A DNA stretch of 64,000 nt from Chthonomonadales bacterium (GTDB lineage: Bacteria > Armatimonadota > Chthonomonadetes > Chthonomonadales > CAJBBX01): positions 1-64,000 of the forward strand of contig JBMFSQ010000013.1 of the NCBI GenBank assembly GCA_049967475.1, written 5' to 3'. Position 1 is the stretch's first letter, and each line of letters opens with the position of its first letter. A model generated the notes under the pieces. That model saw only the letters and a program-made list of their open reading frames with translations, did no database searches and was not told where the DNA came from. Positions 9,968 to 19,088 of the stretch are shown here, piece after piece. The position numbers and the translations under genes are program-made.

Positions 9968-12646
9968 ATGCTTCCATTGCTTCTGGCTGCGATCCTGGCG
10001 CCGAATACCTCCCAACGCCCCTTCCTCCGGGCTCCTGCACTCAACCAATACGCCGTACATGACCCGTACGGCACGACCATTCTTCCCTCCGGCCGTTTCC
10101 TGCGCCCCGCCGGCCGCCACCTGCCCGTTGCCCAATGGCCCCACGGCTTGGCATTGAGCCAGGACGGCACCCTCCTATTCGTGGCCAGTGAAGGCGTGGG
10201 ACAGATCATCCGCAACCCCGGCACACCCCGCGAAGAGATGCGCACCCTCGTACCCCGATCTTTGGCGGGAAACCCCTCCAATGCAGGGGGAGCCGCGTTC
10301 TCGCCGGATGGCCGCCTTCTGTACTGGAGCGGCGGAGAGAATGGTGCCGTTTACATCTACGACACCCAAACCCTGCAGAAGATCGCCGAAGTGCCTCTCA
10401 ACGCGCAAGTGGCCGGCCGCTCGTTTGCCGACAGCTTCGCCATGGACTTGAAGCTGAGCCCGGACGGTAAGTACCTCTACGCCGCCGACGTAACGAATTT
10501 TCGCATCGCCGTAGTAGACACGCAAGCCCGGCGCGTAATCTCCTCCATTCGGGTAGGCCGCTATCCGTATGCCCTGGCCGTGATAGGAAGCACCGTGTAC
10601 GTCGCCAACATCGGCATGTACGAATACAGCCCGATCCCTGCGCCCACAAAGCCCGGCTATGATGCCCGCGGCCTCTCCTTTCCAGCCTTCGCAGTTCCCA
10701 GCCCGCAGGCAGTCCACGGCGTTGAAGCCGAAGGACGCTTCGTACCGGGTCTGGGCGATCCCAATGCTCCGGAAGCCTTCTCCGTATGGACCGTGGATGC
10801 CTCCGATCCCCTAAATTTGCGCGTCACCGCGCGCATCAAAACGGGCCTCCTCGTGGGTGCACCGGCCGAAAACGGCAAAACGATCGGCGGCAGCGCACCC
10901 AACTTCCTGGCTGCCTCCGAAACGCACCTTTACGTGTCCAACGGCAATAATGACGAAATAGACATGATAGACGTCCCATCGAAGCGCATCGTCAAGCGGC
11001 AACGCATCCGACCTTCTCCGCTCACGGCATCCCTCCGGGGAGTAGGCCCCTCAGGAATGGCCCTCTCCCCAGACGCTTCCCGCCTCTACGTGGCCGCTTC
11101 CGGCATCAACGCCGTCATCGTGATGGATGCCCGAACCCTCGATGTTCTCGGCTTCATACCTACCGCCTGGTATCCGTACCGCCTCGCCGTGTCCCCAGAC
11201 GGCAAGAACCTTTACGTAATCTGCTTCAAAGGCTTCGGGAACGGCCCCAGCGCAGGAGCCAATCGGCCCAGGGACCCGTTTATGGACATGAAGGGCGTAC
11301 TCTCGGTGATCCCGGTTCCCGATCTGCGGGATCTGGGCCGCCTCACCCAAACCGTGCTCGAGTGCAACGGCATGGTGGATCGAAGCGCCGAACGCGCCGC
11401 GCTGACCTCTCCGGTGATCCCCGGGGTTGTCGGACGGCCTTCACCCCAGATCCGGTACGTGGTCTTCATCACCAAAGAAAACCACACCTACGACACGATC
11501 TTCGACCATGTACCGGGAGCCAATGACGATGCTTCTCTGCTCCGATGGGGATACCATCAAAAGATCCAGGCGCCCGGCCAACCCACACTGGAAGACGCTG
11601 CAGTAATGACCAACCACAACGCCCTCGCCCGGCAATTCACCGTGAGCGATAACTTCTACCTGGAACCGGAGTTCTCAGGTGTCGGCCACCGATGGCTCGT
11701 GGGCGTTCAGCCCAACAACTTCTGCCAGATGACCTACACCCTGGGTTGGGAGTTCAAGGCCAACAGCACCGCACCCGGCCGCCGGGCCTCCTTCGGCTCC
11801 AACGGCTCATTGGCCCCAGAGGATTATCCTGAAGCCGGGTCTATGTGGGAACACCTCGCGCGTTTCCGCATCCCCTTCCGCAATTATGGGGAAGGCTTTG
11901 AATTCGCCGGCGTGCTGGAGGATGAACACGAAGCCAAAACCGGCGCCCGTGAAGTGGTCAATATCCCCATGCCCCGCGTCCTCTACGAAAACACGTGCCG
12001 GGAATTCCCCATCTTCAACATGAACATCCCCGATCAATACCGCGTAGACTGGTTCATCAAAGATTTCACCAACCTCTACCTGAAGGGCCGCCGCCCCATG
12101 CCGCCTTTTGTCAACATCGCCCTCTGCAACGACCACGGCCGCGGTCCCCGCCCGGAACGAGGATATCCCTATGTGGCATCATGGATGGCAGACAACGACC
12201 TTGCCTTGGGCCGCATCGTGGAATTCCTTTCCCATACACCCTACTGGAAGAACATGGCCATCTTCGTCACCGAAGACGACTCCGGCGGCGAACCCGATCA
12301 CGTGGATGCCCAGCGCAGCGTCCTTCTCATCATCAGCCCGTGGGTCCGCCATGGGTACGTGTCCCACCGCCACACCACAGTCCTGAGCATGCATCGAACC
12401 CTCTACGAGATCCTGGGCCTCCCGCCCCTCAATATGTTCGACGCCCTCGCCAACGACTTCGGCGACTGCTTCACGGACCGGCCGGACTTCGCGCCCTACG
12501 TGCATACGCCGGTGGATCCCCGCATTTTCGACCCGGCTAAGGCGCGCATCCCGGATGATCCAGACTACCGCCGCGCCCGCCTGGAGCCCGGCCCCCGCCT
12601 CGATGACCCCGCGGTAATCCGCCGCGTACTCCAAAACGACGAATGA
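9968..12646 (+). CDS. Bifunctional YVTN beta-propeller / phosphoesterase (alkaline phosphatase superfamily) protein
   Basis: Repeated SPDG..LYV blades; KENHTYD, SDNFY, NDHG, MADNDLALGRIVE, EDD...DHVDAQR phosphoesterase motifs. Confidence 0.88.
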   Translation: MLPLLLAAILAPNTSQRPFLRAPALNQYAVHDPYGTTILPSGRFLRPAGRHLPVAQWPHGLALSQDGTLLFVASEGVGQIIRNPGTPREEMRTLVPRSLAGNPSNAGGAAFSPDGRLLYWSGGENGAVYIYDTQTLQKIAEVPLNAQVAGRSFADSFAMDLKLSPDGKYLYAADVTNFRIAVVDTQARRVISSIRVGRYPYALAVIGSTVYVANIGMYEYSPIPAPTKPGYDARGLSFPAFAVPSPQAVHGVEAEGRFVPGLGDPNAPEAFSVWTVDASDPLNLRVTARIKTGLLVGAPAENGKTIGGSAPNFLAASETHLYVSNGNNDEIDMIDVPSKRIVKRQRIRPSPLTASLRGVGPSGMALSPDASRLYVAASGINAVIVMDARTLDVLGFIPTAWYPYRLAVSPDGKNLYVICFKGFGNGPSAGANRPRDPFMDMKGVLSVIPVPDLRDLGRLTQTVLECNGMVDRSAERAALTSPVIPGVVGRPSPQIRYVVFITKENHTYDTIFDHVPGANDDASLLRWGYHQKIQAPGQPTLEDAAVMTNHNALARQFTVSDNFYLEPEFSGVGHRWLVGVQPNNFCQMTYTLGWEFKANSTAPGRRASFGSNGSLAPEDYPEAGSMWEHLARFRIPFRNYGEGFEFAGVLEDEHEAKTGAREVVNIPMPRVLYENTCREFPIFNMNIPDQYRVDWFIKDFTNLYLKGRRPMPPFVNIALCNDHGRGPRPERGYPYVASWMADNDLALGRIVEFLSHTPYWKNMAIFVTEDDSGGEPDHVDAQRSVLLIISPWVRHGYVSHRHTTVLSMHRTLYEILGLPPLNMFDALANDFGDCFTDRPDFAPYVHTPVDPRIFDPAKARIPDDPDYRRARLEPGPRLDDPAVIRRVLQNDE

Positions 12647-13320
12647 GCACCCCCCAACCACAGTATCCTTACGACCCCAGCGAGGATCTGGCTCAAGAAC
12701 GCGCAGAAGTGGCTTCCTTCATGCGCCGCATCTACCATTTGGGCCTTACCAGCTCAACTGGGGGCAACGTGTCCCGCAAAGCACCCAACAACCGCATCGT
12801 CATCACCCCGGCAAGCTTGGACAAGGCCCGCATCCGGCCACGGGATGTGGCAGTGATGGATCTCTCCGGCGCCCTCCTTACTCCGGGCATCCACGCCAGC
12901 TCGGAAAGCCTCATGCATCTGGCGCTCTACCGGCGATATCCCCACATCGGCGCCGTGATCCATGCCCACCCCGTTACCGCTTCGGCATTCGCTTGCTCCA
13001 CAACACCCATTCGCGTGGACCTCACCTGTGAAACGTACGCCCTCCTGGACCCGCCCATCCTTGCTCCCTACGCCCTCTCGGGCACCGAAGAACTTGCCCG
13101 CAGTGTTGCCGATGCTGCTGGCGCATCCAGTTGCATCCTGCTTCAGAACCACGCCGTCCTTACCACTGGGGCAGATTTACTGGAGGCGTTCCGGCGTTTG
13201 GAATTGCTGGAGGAAGCGGCGCGCATCACCCTCATCACGCGCCAATTGGATGGCGTCAGGACCCTTTCGCCGGAAGAAAAGTCCGCCCTCGATCGCCTTG
13301 TGGGCCGCCGGCGTGCCTAA
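12643..13320 (+). CDS. Class II aldolase/adducin family protein
   Basis: GGNVS, SSESLMH, AVIHAHP, LQNHAV zinc-binding motifs; 4-bp overlap with the upstream gene. Confidence 0.92.
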   Translation: MSTPQPQYPYDPSEDLAQERAEVASFMRRIYHLGLTSSTGGNVSRKAPNNRIVITPASLDKARIRPRDVAVMDLSGALLTPGIHASSESLMHLALYRRYPHIGAVIHAHPVTASAFACSTTPIRVDLTCETYALLDPPILAPYALSGTEELARSVADAAGASSCILLQNHAVLTTGADLLEAFRRLELLEEAARITLITRQLDGVRTLSPEEKSALDRLVGRRRA

Positions 13321-15392
13321 CGGGAACCTTGCGCGGCTTCCCCGGAGATGCGCACGGCTACTGCTGGAAGAATGCGGGCGATGGTGGAGCGAAACGCCCG
13401 CATGCTTCCCGCCAAAACCACGTTCGCCTCGTAACCCTCCGGCGCGAAGGCCGACGCCGTGAGCGTTACGGTAGCCTCTGCGGCATCTGCAGGCACCGTA
13501 ACGGGGTCCATCTGGATCCACTGCACCGGAACTGCCAGCCGCAGCGTTACAGGCTGGCGAAACCGCATCTCACGCACGATGCGTACCTTGAGCGTGGCGC
13601 TCCCGCCTTTGGGCAGCACCAGCGGATGGTCTTCGTCCACGTTTGCCGCCAATCGGAAGCCTCCGCCGGTACCAATGGAACCCACCACCTCACGTGTCGT
13701 CGGGTAGTGGGTGTAACTGAAAGCCTGCATCACCCGCTCGGTCCCCGTAGCGATGCGCTCCACAGCTCGGCCCTCGATGACGCCCTTACCCACGATCTCG
13801 GGAGAAAACAGGGTTGCGCCAGATTGTTCCGGCGCAGTTACGGTCAACACCGCCGTGGTCTGGGGCGCGCGAATGACGGCGCGGGAGGCCCTGAAGCCTT
13901 CGGGAAGATTGCGCACCTCAACGGCGATGTCTCCCGTGAACCCGTCACGCCGCTGGGCCGTCACAACGATTACGGCAGCATCCCCGCGGGGCACTACAAT
14001 CGTGTCCGGGTTCACCGTCAGCCGAAAGTCCGGATGCGGAGGCCCGATCGTAAGGCGGTACGCGTACTCATCCCCTCCATTCCCTTCGATATCCCGCAAG
14101 CGCAGGAAGTACACCCCCGGCGCACGGAACAGATAAACGATGCGCGGGTCCGCTTGATGCGTCAGAAGCGGTTCGTCGGGATCGGGGTAATCGTCGTTCT
14201 CCGCAAGCTGCCGCCCGCCAGGCCCAAACAGCGTCAGGATGCCGTCCAAAGGGCTGCCCAGCCTTCTGGCCCGCACCTCCATCACAAGCATCTCGCGCGG
14301 CCGAACACGAAACACGAACCAATCCTCATCCCCGGGATGGTCTATGCGACCGTTGATCGTAACCGGCGGGATCACCGTGCGGGCCGTTGCCGCCGTGTCG
14401 TTCGGTTCTTGCTCCTCCACCTCCGAAGCATCGTCCAGAGCAAAGGGAACCGCATTGGAAACAACGCCGCCGCTGGATGTGCGAATGGGCATCGCCGGGC
14501 CGTCCGCTGCCGCCCTGATGGTGAGCGTGTCTTTCGGCAAGTTTGCCCCGTACAGATGCACCGTGGCATCGGAGCCCCGGCGCCCACCCAAAGGATAGAT
14601 ACCTGTTATGAAAGGGATGGCGCCCACGGTAAGCCGGTACACAAAGTCGTCCCGGCCGCGGTCCAGGATATCCTTCACTTCCAACGTGTACAGGCCGTCT
14701 CGGGGGATGCGGCAGATCAGCACAGGATCCGGACCCAGGTGGTAGTCATCATTGCTCGCGATTTGCTGGCCGCCCTCATCGAAGAGCGTGAGGCACAGAT
14801 CCGCCCAGCCCGGCACCGCGTCGGCGATGAAGGGAATGAGCGCCCGCGCCTGAGCCCGGCAAACGATGGTTTCCCCCGCCTTGGCGCTGAAACGGTAGGC
14901 GTTCCGCGTGCCTTCGAGGATCTGCCCGTTCACTACAATGGGAAGGGAGGGCAGCATCTGAGGGTGGTGCCGGTCTGTGTTGGAAGGGTCCCGCATCACC
15001 TCCGGAAATTGCCCTACGAAAAAGCGGAAGATGTTGGATGCTCCGGCAGGCCCCACCACCCGCAGGTCGTGCTCGCCAGGCTCCGCCGCGGGCGACACGG
15101 TCACCGAGATGCGCACTTGGCTCGCACTGATACGCTCTACTACCGAGGCGGACACATCCGGTGGAACCACGCGCACCTGTGTCACGCCCAAAAGGCCTGT
15201 ACCGGCTACGGTAGCCTGGAATGTGCTTGCCCGCCGGCCACCCGCCGGGAATACATAACGGATGACGGGCCTCTGACCTTGCGCTGGTGCCGCCAGCACG
15301 GCGGTGGCACAGATCGCCCCCCAAAGACGGCCGCAAACCCGAATGCATCGGCGGAACTGCCCGGGCGCCCCCGGTATCCTTGCCGCAAACAC
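13317..15392 (-). CDS. PPC (pre-peptidase C-terminal) domain-containing secreted protein
   Basis: VFPAGGRR, YPLGGRRG, EQEPND, GRIDHPGDEDWF, AENDD repeats; GTG start overlapping the upstream TAG with an AAGGAG RBS (the ORF track start 15668 is over-extended). Confidence 0.8.
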   Translation of the reverse strand: MFAARIPGAPGQFRRCIRVCGRLWGAICATAVLAAPAQGQRPVIRYVFPAGGRRASTFQATVAGTGLLGVTQVRVVPPDVSASVVERISASQVRISVTVSPAAEPGEHDLRVVGPAGASNIFRFFVGQFPEVMRDPSNTDRHHPQMLPSLPIVVNGQILEGTRNAYRFSAKAGETIVCRAQARALIPFIADAVPGWADLCLTLFDEGGQQIASNDDYHLGPDPVLICRIPRDGLYTLEVKDILDRGRDDFVYRLTVGAIPFITGIYPLGGRRGSDATVHLYGANLPKDTLTIRAAADGPAMPIRTSSGGVVSNAVPFALDDASEVEEQEPNDTAATARTVIPPVTINGRIDHPGDEDWFVFRVRPREMLVMEVRARRLGSPLDGILTLFGPGGRQLAENDDYPDPDEPLLTHQADPRIVYLFRAPGVYFLRLRDIEGNGGDEYAYRLTIGPPHPDFRLTVNPDTIVVPRGDAAVIVVTAQRRDGFTGDIAVEVRNLPEGFRASRAVIRAPQTTAVLTVTAPEQSGATLFSPEIVGKGVIEGRAVERIATGTERVMQAFSYTHYPTTREVVGSIGTGGGFRLAANVDEDHPLVLPKGGSATLKVRIVREMRFRQPVTLRLAVPVQWIQMDPVTVPADAAEATVTLTASAFAPEGYEANVVLAGSMRAFRSTIARILPAVAVRISGEAAQGSR

Positions 15393-16708
15393 TACATGAT
15401 CTCCTTCAGCATCCCGCCGCCGGCGGCACCCGCGCTGTCCGGCGGGGTCACATAGGCCACACACCCCTGGGGATGGGGAAGCCGCCCGTGGGGATCTATC
15501 CCAAGCAGCCAATAGATGCTCGCCGAGAGGTCCCACGGGTAGATAGGCCGGCGAACCACCCGTTCCCCGCGGGCATCGGTCTCGCCTACTACGGTGCCGC
15601 CGCGGAAGCCTCCTCCGGCCACCACAGCAGAGAAAGCCGCTGAATAGTGGTGCCTCCCCCCTTCCCATGGCTCCTCATAGGCAACCCGCGGCGTCCGCCC
15701 GAACTCACCGTACCAGGTCACGATTGTGGTAGAAAGAAGTCCTCGCTGATGCAGGTCCTCGAGAAGGGTGGCAAAGCCGCTGTCCAGCATCGGCAAGAGC
15801 CGCGCCATGGCCGGGAAGTTGTTGCGGTGCGTGTCCCACCCAGGGAAATTCACGGTAATAAAGGGAACGCCGTGTTCCACCAACCGCCGAGCCAATAGGC
15901 ACGATTGGCCGAACCGGTGCATGCCGTACCTGCGCCTCAGATCCTCCGGTTCCTCCCCCAGCTCGAAGGCCTTGCGGGCCGGCCCGAGGACCACACTCAG
16001 AGCGCGTTCCCGGTACTTTTCCAACACCGCCAACTGCGGTGCCCCGGCCGCAGACCCATCCAGGGAATGAAGGAGCTTCTCACGATCCCGAATGCGCTCT
16101 GCCGTCAGCGATGGAGGCGGCGCCATCCCGTCCACCGAGAAAGACGGCGAACTCGGGTCTCCACCCGTAGCAAAGGTCTGGTAATCGGCCCCGAGGAAGC
16201 CGGCCTCGGAAAAACGCCCTAAAGGTGTCGTGAGCGTTATGTAGGGAGGCAGAGGCCCCTTGTAGCCGGCATCGTATCCCTTCTTCAAAGCGACCACAGC
16301 GCCCACCGCAGGGTAAACCAATTCCCCCGAGGGGAGCGTACCCGTCTGCATGATGTAGGTGGCCGTCTCATGGGCATTGGAGGGATGCGTCATTCCACGG
16401 AGGATGGCGTATTTGTCGGCTTGCTTCGCCAACAGCGGCAAGAGTTGGCTGATGCGCACTCCGGGTATCGCTGTGGCGATGGGGCTGTTGAGCGGCCCGG
16501 TATAGGCTGGTCCCGCCTCGGGCTTGGGATCAAACGTGTCCAAATGAGAGGGACCACCACCCATCCAAAGCTGGATCACGCATCGAGCCTTCCCACCGCC
16601 CTGTACACGGCCTCCGGCCGCATCGTCCATGCTCAAGGCGCCAAGGACCACGGCCCCGGCCGTCAGAAACTCACGCCGGGTGAGAGCCGGTTCGAGAATG
16701 GGCACCAT
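15392..16708 (-). CDS. DUF1501 domain protein (Tat-exported)
   Basis: TRREFL twin-arginine motif; WMGGGPSHLDTFDPKP, CLLARRLVEHGVPF, GWDTH, GEFGRTP, GRHH; GGAGGAGG RBS. Confidence 0.92.
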   Translation of the reverse strand: MVPILEPALTRREFLTAGAVVLGALSMDDAAGGRVQGGGKARCVIQLWMGGGPSHLDTFDPKPEAGPAYTGPLNSPIATAIPGVRISQLLPLLAKQADKYAILRGMTHPSNAHETATYIMQTGTLPSGELVYPAVGAVVALKKGYDAGYKGPLPPYITLTTPLGRFSEAGFLGADYQTFATGGDPSSPSFSVDGMAPPPSLTAERIRDREKLLHSLDGSAAGAPQLAVLEKYRERALSVVLGPARKAFELGEEPEDLRRRYGMHRFGQSCLLARRLVEHGVPFITVNFPGWDTHRNNFPAMARLLPMLDSGFATLLEDLHQRGLLSTTIVTWYGEFGRTPRVAYEEPWEGGRHHYSAAFSAVVAGGGFRGGTVVGETDARGERVVRRPIYPWDLSASIYWLLGIDPHGRLPHPQGCVAYVTPPDSAGAAGGGMLKEIM

Positions 16709-16755
16709 GTCAATCCTCCTCCACCCGCCGTACTTCCGATGCGGCGGTACCCAAT

Positions 16756-18987
16756 TCACTCAATGGTCATGAAGCCCCGCGTGTTGATGAGCGCCCACAT
16801 CAAATCCTGCACCAGGGCGAGCCGGGGCCGGTCCCCCCGCTTCAGATAGGCGATCGCCGCACGCCGCTCCCGCAGCGTGGGAAACCTCGACAAGGCGGTA
16901 AGGTAAAGATCTTCCACAATACCGGCCTCGCTCTTGCCCGGGGCGGCGAGTTCTGCGGCCCTCCGGCCTTGCGCGATCTTCCCTTCCACGTCCGCGGAGT
17001 TCACCAGCAGCGACGCCTGCCTCATGGAGGGGCGCGTGCACCGCTCGCTGTCGAAGGGGCTGTTGCGGGCCGGCCTCCCAAAGGCATCCAAAAACGGAGT
17101 GCTTATGGACCCATCCGCCACCTGCACCGCCCGCGTGTCCTTGGGCAAATGGGTAAAGGGCTCCGGGATGATGCTGCTGAAGACCTCGTTGCTGCCCGTT
17201 ACCGCGCAAATGGCATCCAAAAGCTCCTCGGCGGCCATCCGGCGAGGTACCCAATGGCTGTAGTGCCTGGTGTCGAAGGCGTTCCAGCGGTTCGTAACGC
17301 TGGAGAGCTGAAAGATCCTGGAATTGAGGATGAGGCGGAACACGTGCCGCGTGTCGAAGCGGTGGCTCACCAGCTCCTTGGCAAGATAATCCAGCAGCGG
17401 ACCGTTGGTAGGAGGGTTGGAAGGCCGCAGATCATCAGGCTCATCTACCAGCCCTCGCCCCATCACCCATGCCCAGATGCGGTTGCAAATCTCGCGGGCG
17501 AACCATGGGTTCTCTGGAGCCGTAAGCCACTGGGCAAAGCGCTCCCGTGGATCCCCGTGAAGGTTCTCCAGCGGATGCGTCCATCCCAGGAACCTCGGCG
17601 CAACGACGTCCTTGGTGTCGGGATCGCGGAGTACGGCATCAGGAGCGCAGTAAACGATCTCCTCCTTCCACTCCTGGGTGCTCTTGTAGCGCATGCCCGC
17701 AAAAAAGGCAGCCATTCCCAAGTCATCGGTCCGGGACCAGTTCTCATATGGATGCACATGGCACCGCGCACACCCGAGCCGAACTCCCATGAAGACTACC
17801 GATGCCGTCTCGGCCAAGGTCTGCGGATCGCGGCTGACGACGGCCCGGTAGAAATTGGCGGGACCGCTGCGGAAATTGCTCCCACGTGCCGTGATCAACT
17901 CCTGCGCGAAGCGGTCGAAGGGCTTGTTCTGAGCGATGCTCTCACGGAGCCAGCGATAGTACGCTTGGGTAGCCTTGGGCCACAGGCGCACCGGATATTC
18001 GCTCTTGATGCGCAGGATATCCGCCCACTTGAGCGCCCAAAAATCGGCGAAGTCGCCGCCCGCGAGCAATTGATCCACCAGCCGGGAGCGCTTCTTCGGG
18101 CTGCGATCCTGCAGGAAGGCGCGCACCTCTTCTACGCGAGGCAGGCGGCCGGCCACTACTAAGTAGGCGCGGCGAAGGAATTCGGCATCGCCGGCCAGGG
18201 GCGCCGGTGGAATGCCTAACCGCCTCAATTGGGCCAGGCACAGCTCGTCCACGTGGTTGAACGGACGAACCGAAGGGAAGGCGAAGGGGAGCTTCTGTGG
18301 AACGAGAACGTGCACCAAGGAATTCCGCCTGAAGCACTGCGCCACGATCCAGGCGTCGCCCGGCCGACGGAACGTCACGACGCCCGCCGCATCCACGGAG
18401 GCCACCGCGGGATCCGTAGACCAATAAAGCGCATTCCGCGTCACGTCCCGGTGGGTGCCATTGGATAGGATCGCCGTTACGGTTATCGCCATCCGGCTTC
18501 CCGGGGCAGCCGCCTTCACCTGCGGGGACGCCTGTATCTTCGTCACCTCCGCCGCACCCGGGGACGCAAAAGGCATTCCCGCAGCGATCCATGCATCCAA
18601 AATACGATATTCCCGGGAGGCCGCCCCGGCAGGTGGCTCCTTGGTGTGGGGAGGGCCACCCAGGAACTTTTGAAGGAACGCATCTCGGCCCAAGGCAGCC
18701 TCGATCTGGGCGAGGCCGTCACGATCGGCCTTGGGATCCCCTCCAAACAGCGAGAGCTTCAGGCGGCCCGCGCCTCTAGTCCCTCCATGACACGAAGCCC
18801 GCGCGCATCCAAGCCGCTGAACCAACGGAGCCACGTCCAAAGCATAGAACGGCGGCACCGGTTTTGAACGCGGCGCAGCACGGGATGCCCCCGTGTGCAC
18901 GCTTGGAGAACCGGGTGAGCGCGCCAAACCCGGTGAGCCCAAAACAATCGCTACACCCGCGCACCAAACCACCGTTCGGGCATCCAT
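16756..18987 (-). CDS. DUF1549/DUF1553 domain protein with Ig-like (Big_2) domain
   Basis: CARASCHG, DAEFLRRAYL, FMGVRLGCARCHVHPYENW, NRIWAWVMGRGLV, FLDAFGRP, EDLYLTALSRFP. Confidence 0.9.
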   Translation of the reverse strand: MDARTVVWCAGVAIVLGSPGLARSPGSPSVHTGASRAAPRSKPVPPFYALDVAPLVQRLGCARASCHGGTRGAGRLKLSLFGGDPKADRDGLAQIEAALGRDAFLQKFLGGPPHTKEPPAGAASREYRILDAWIAAGMPFASPGAAEVTKIQASPQVKAAAPGSRMAITVTAILSNGTHRDVTRNALYWSTDPAVASVDAAGVVTFRRPGDAWIVAQCFRRNSLVHVLVPQKLPFAFPSVRPFNHVDELCLAQLRRLGIPPAPLAGDAEFLRRAYLVVAGRLPRVEEVRAFLQDRSPKKRSRLVDQLLAGGDFADFWALKWADILRIKSEYPVRLWPKATQAYYRWLRESIAQNKPFDRFAQELITARGSNFRSGPANFYRAVVSRDPQTLAETASVVFMGVRLGCARCHVHPYENWSRTDDLGMAAFFAGMRYKSTQEWKEEIVYCAPDAVLRDPDTKDVVAPRFLGWTHPLENLHGDPRERFAQWLTAPENPWFAREICNRIWAWVMGRGLVDEPDDLRPSNPPTNGPLLDYLAKELVSHRFDTRHVFRLILNSRIFQLSSVTNRWNAFDTRHYSHWVPRRMAAEELLDAICAVTGSNEVFSSIIPEPFTHLPKDTRAVQVADGSISTPFLDAFGRPARNSPFDSERCTRPSMRQASLLVNSADVEGKIAQGRRAAELAAPGKSEAGIVEDLYLTALSRFPTLRERRAAIAYLKRGDRPRLALVQDLMWALINTRGFMTIE

Positions 18988-19088
18988 ATCGGCAGCTTCC
19001 CCCGAGGGGGCACCTTCGCAGGTGATCCGCTCTCAGCACACCTTCGCCAGCCGCTCGTGCACACCCGGCGTATGGTGTCCCAAACGTT

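Noticed and set aside
13131..15455. 774-aa plus-strand ORF (and similar long ORFs such as 2522..3853, 19356..20636, 42960..44567, 51791..53500)
   Set aside because: Shadow frames of well-supported genes in high-GC DNA; no recognisable motifs
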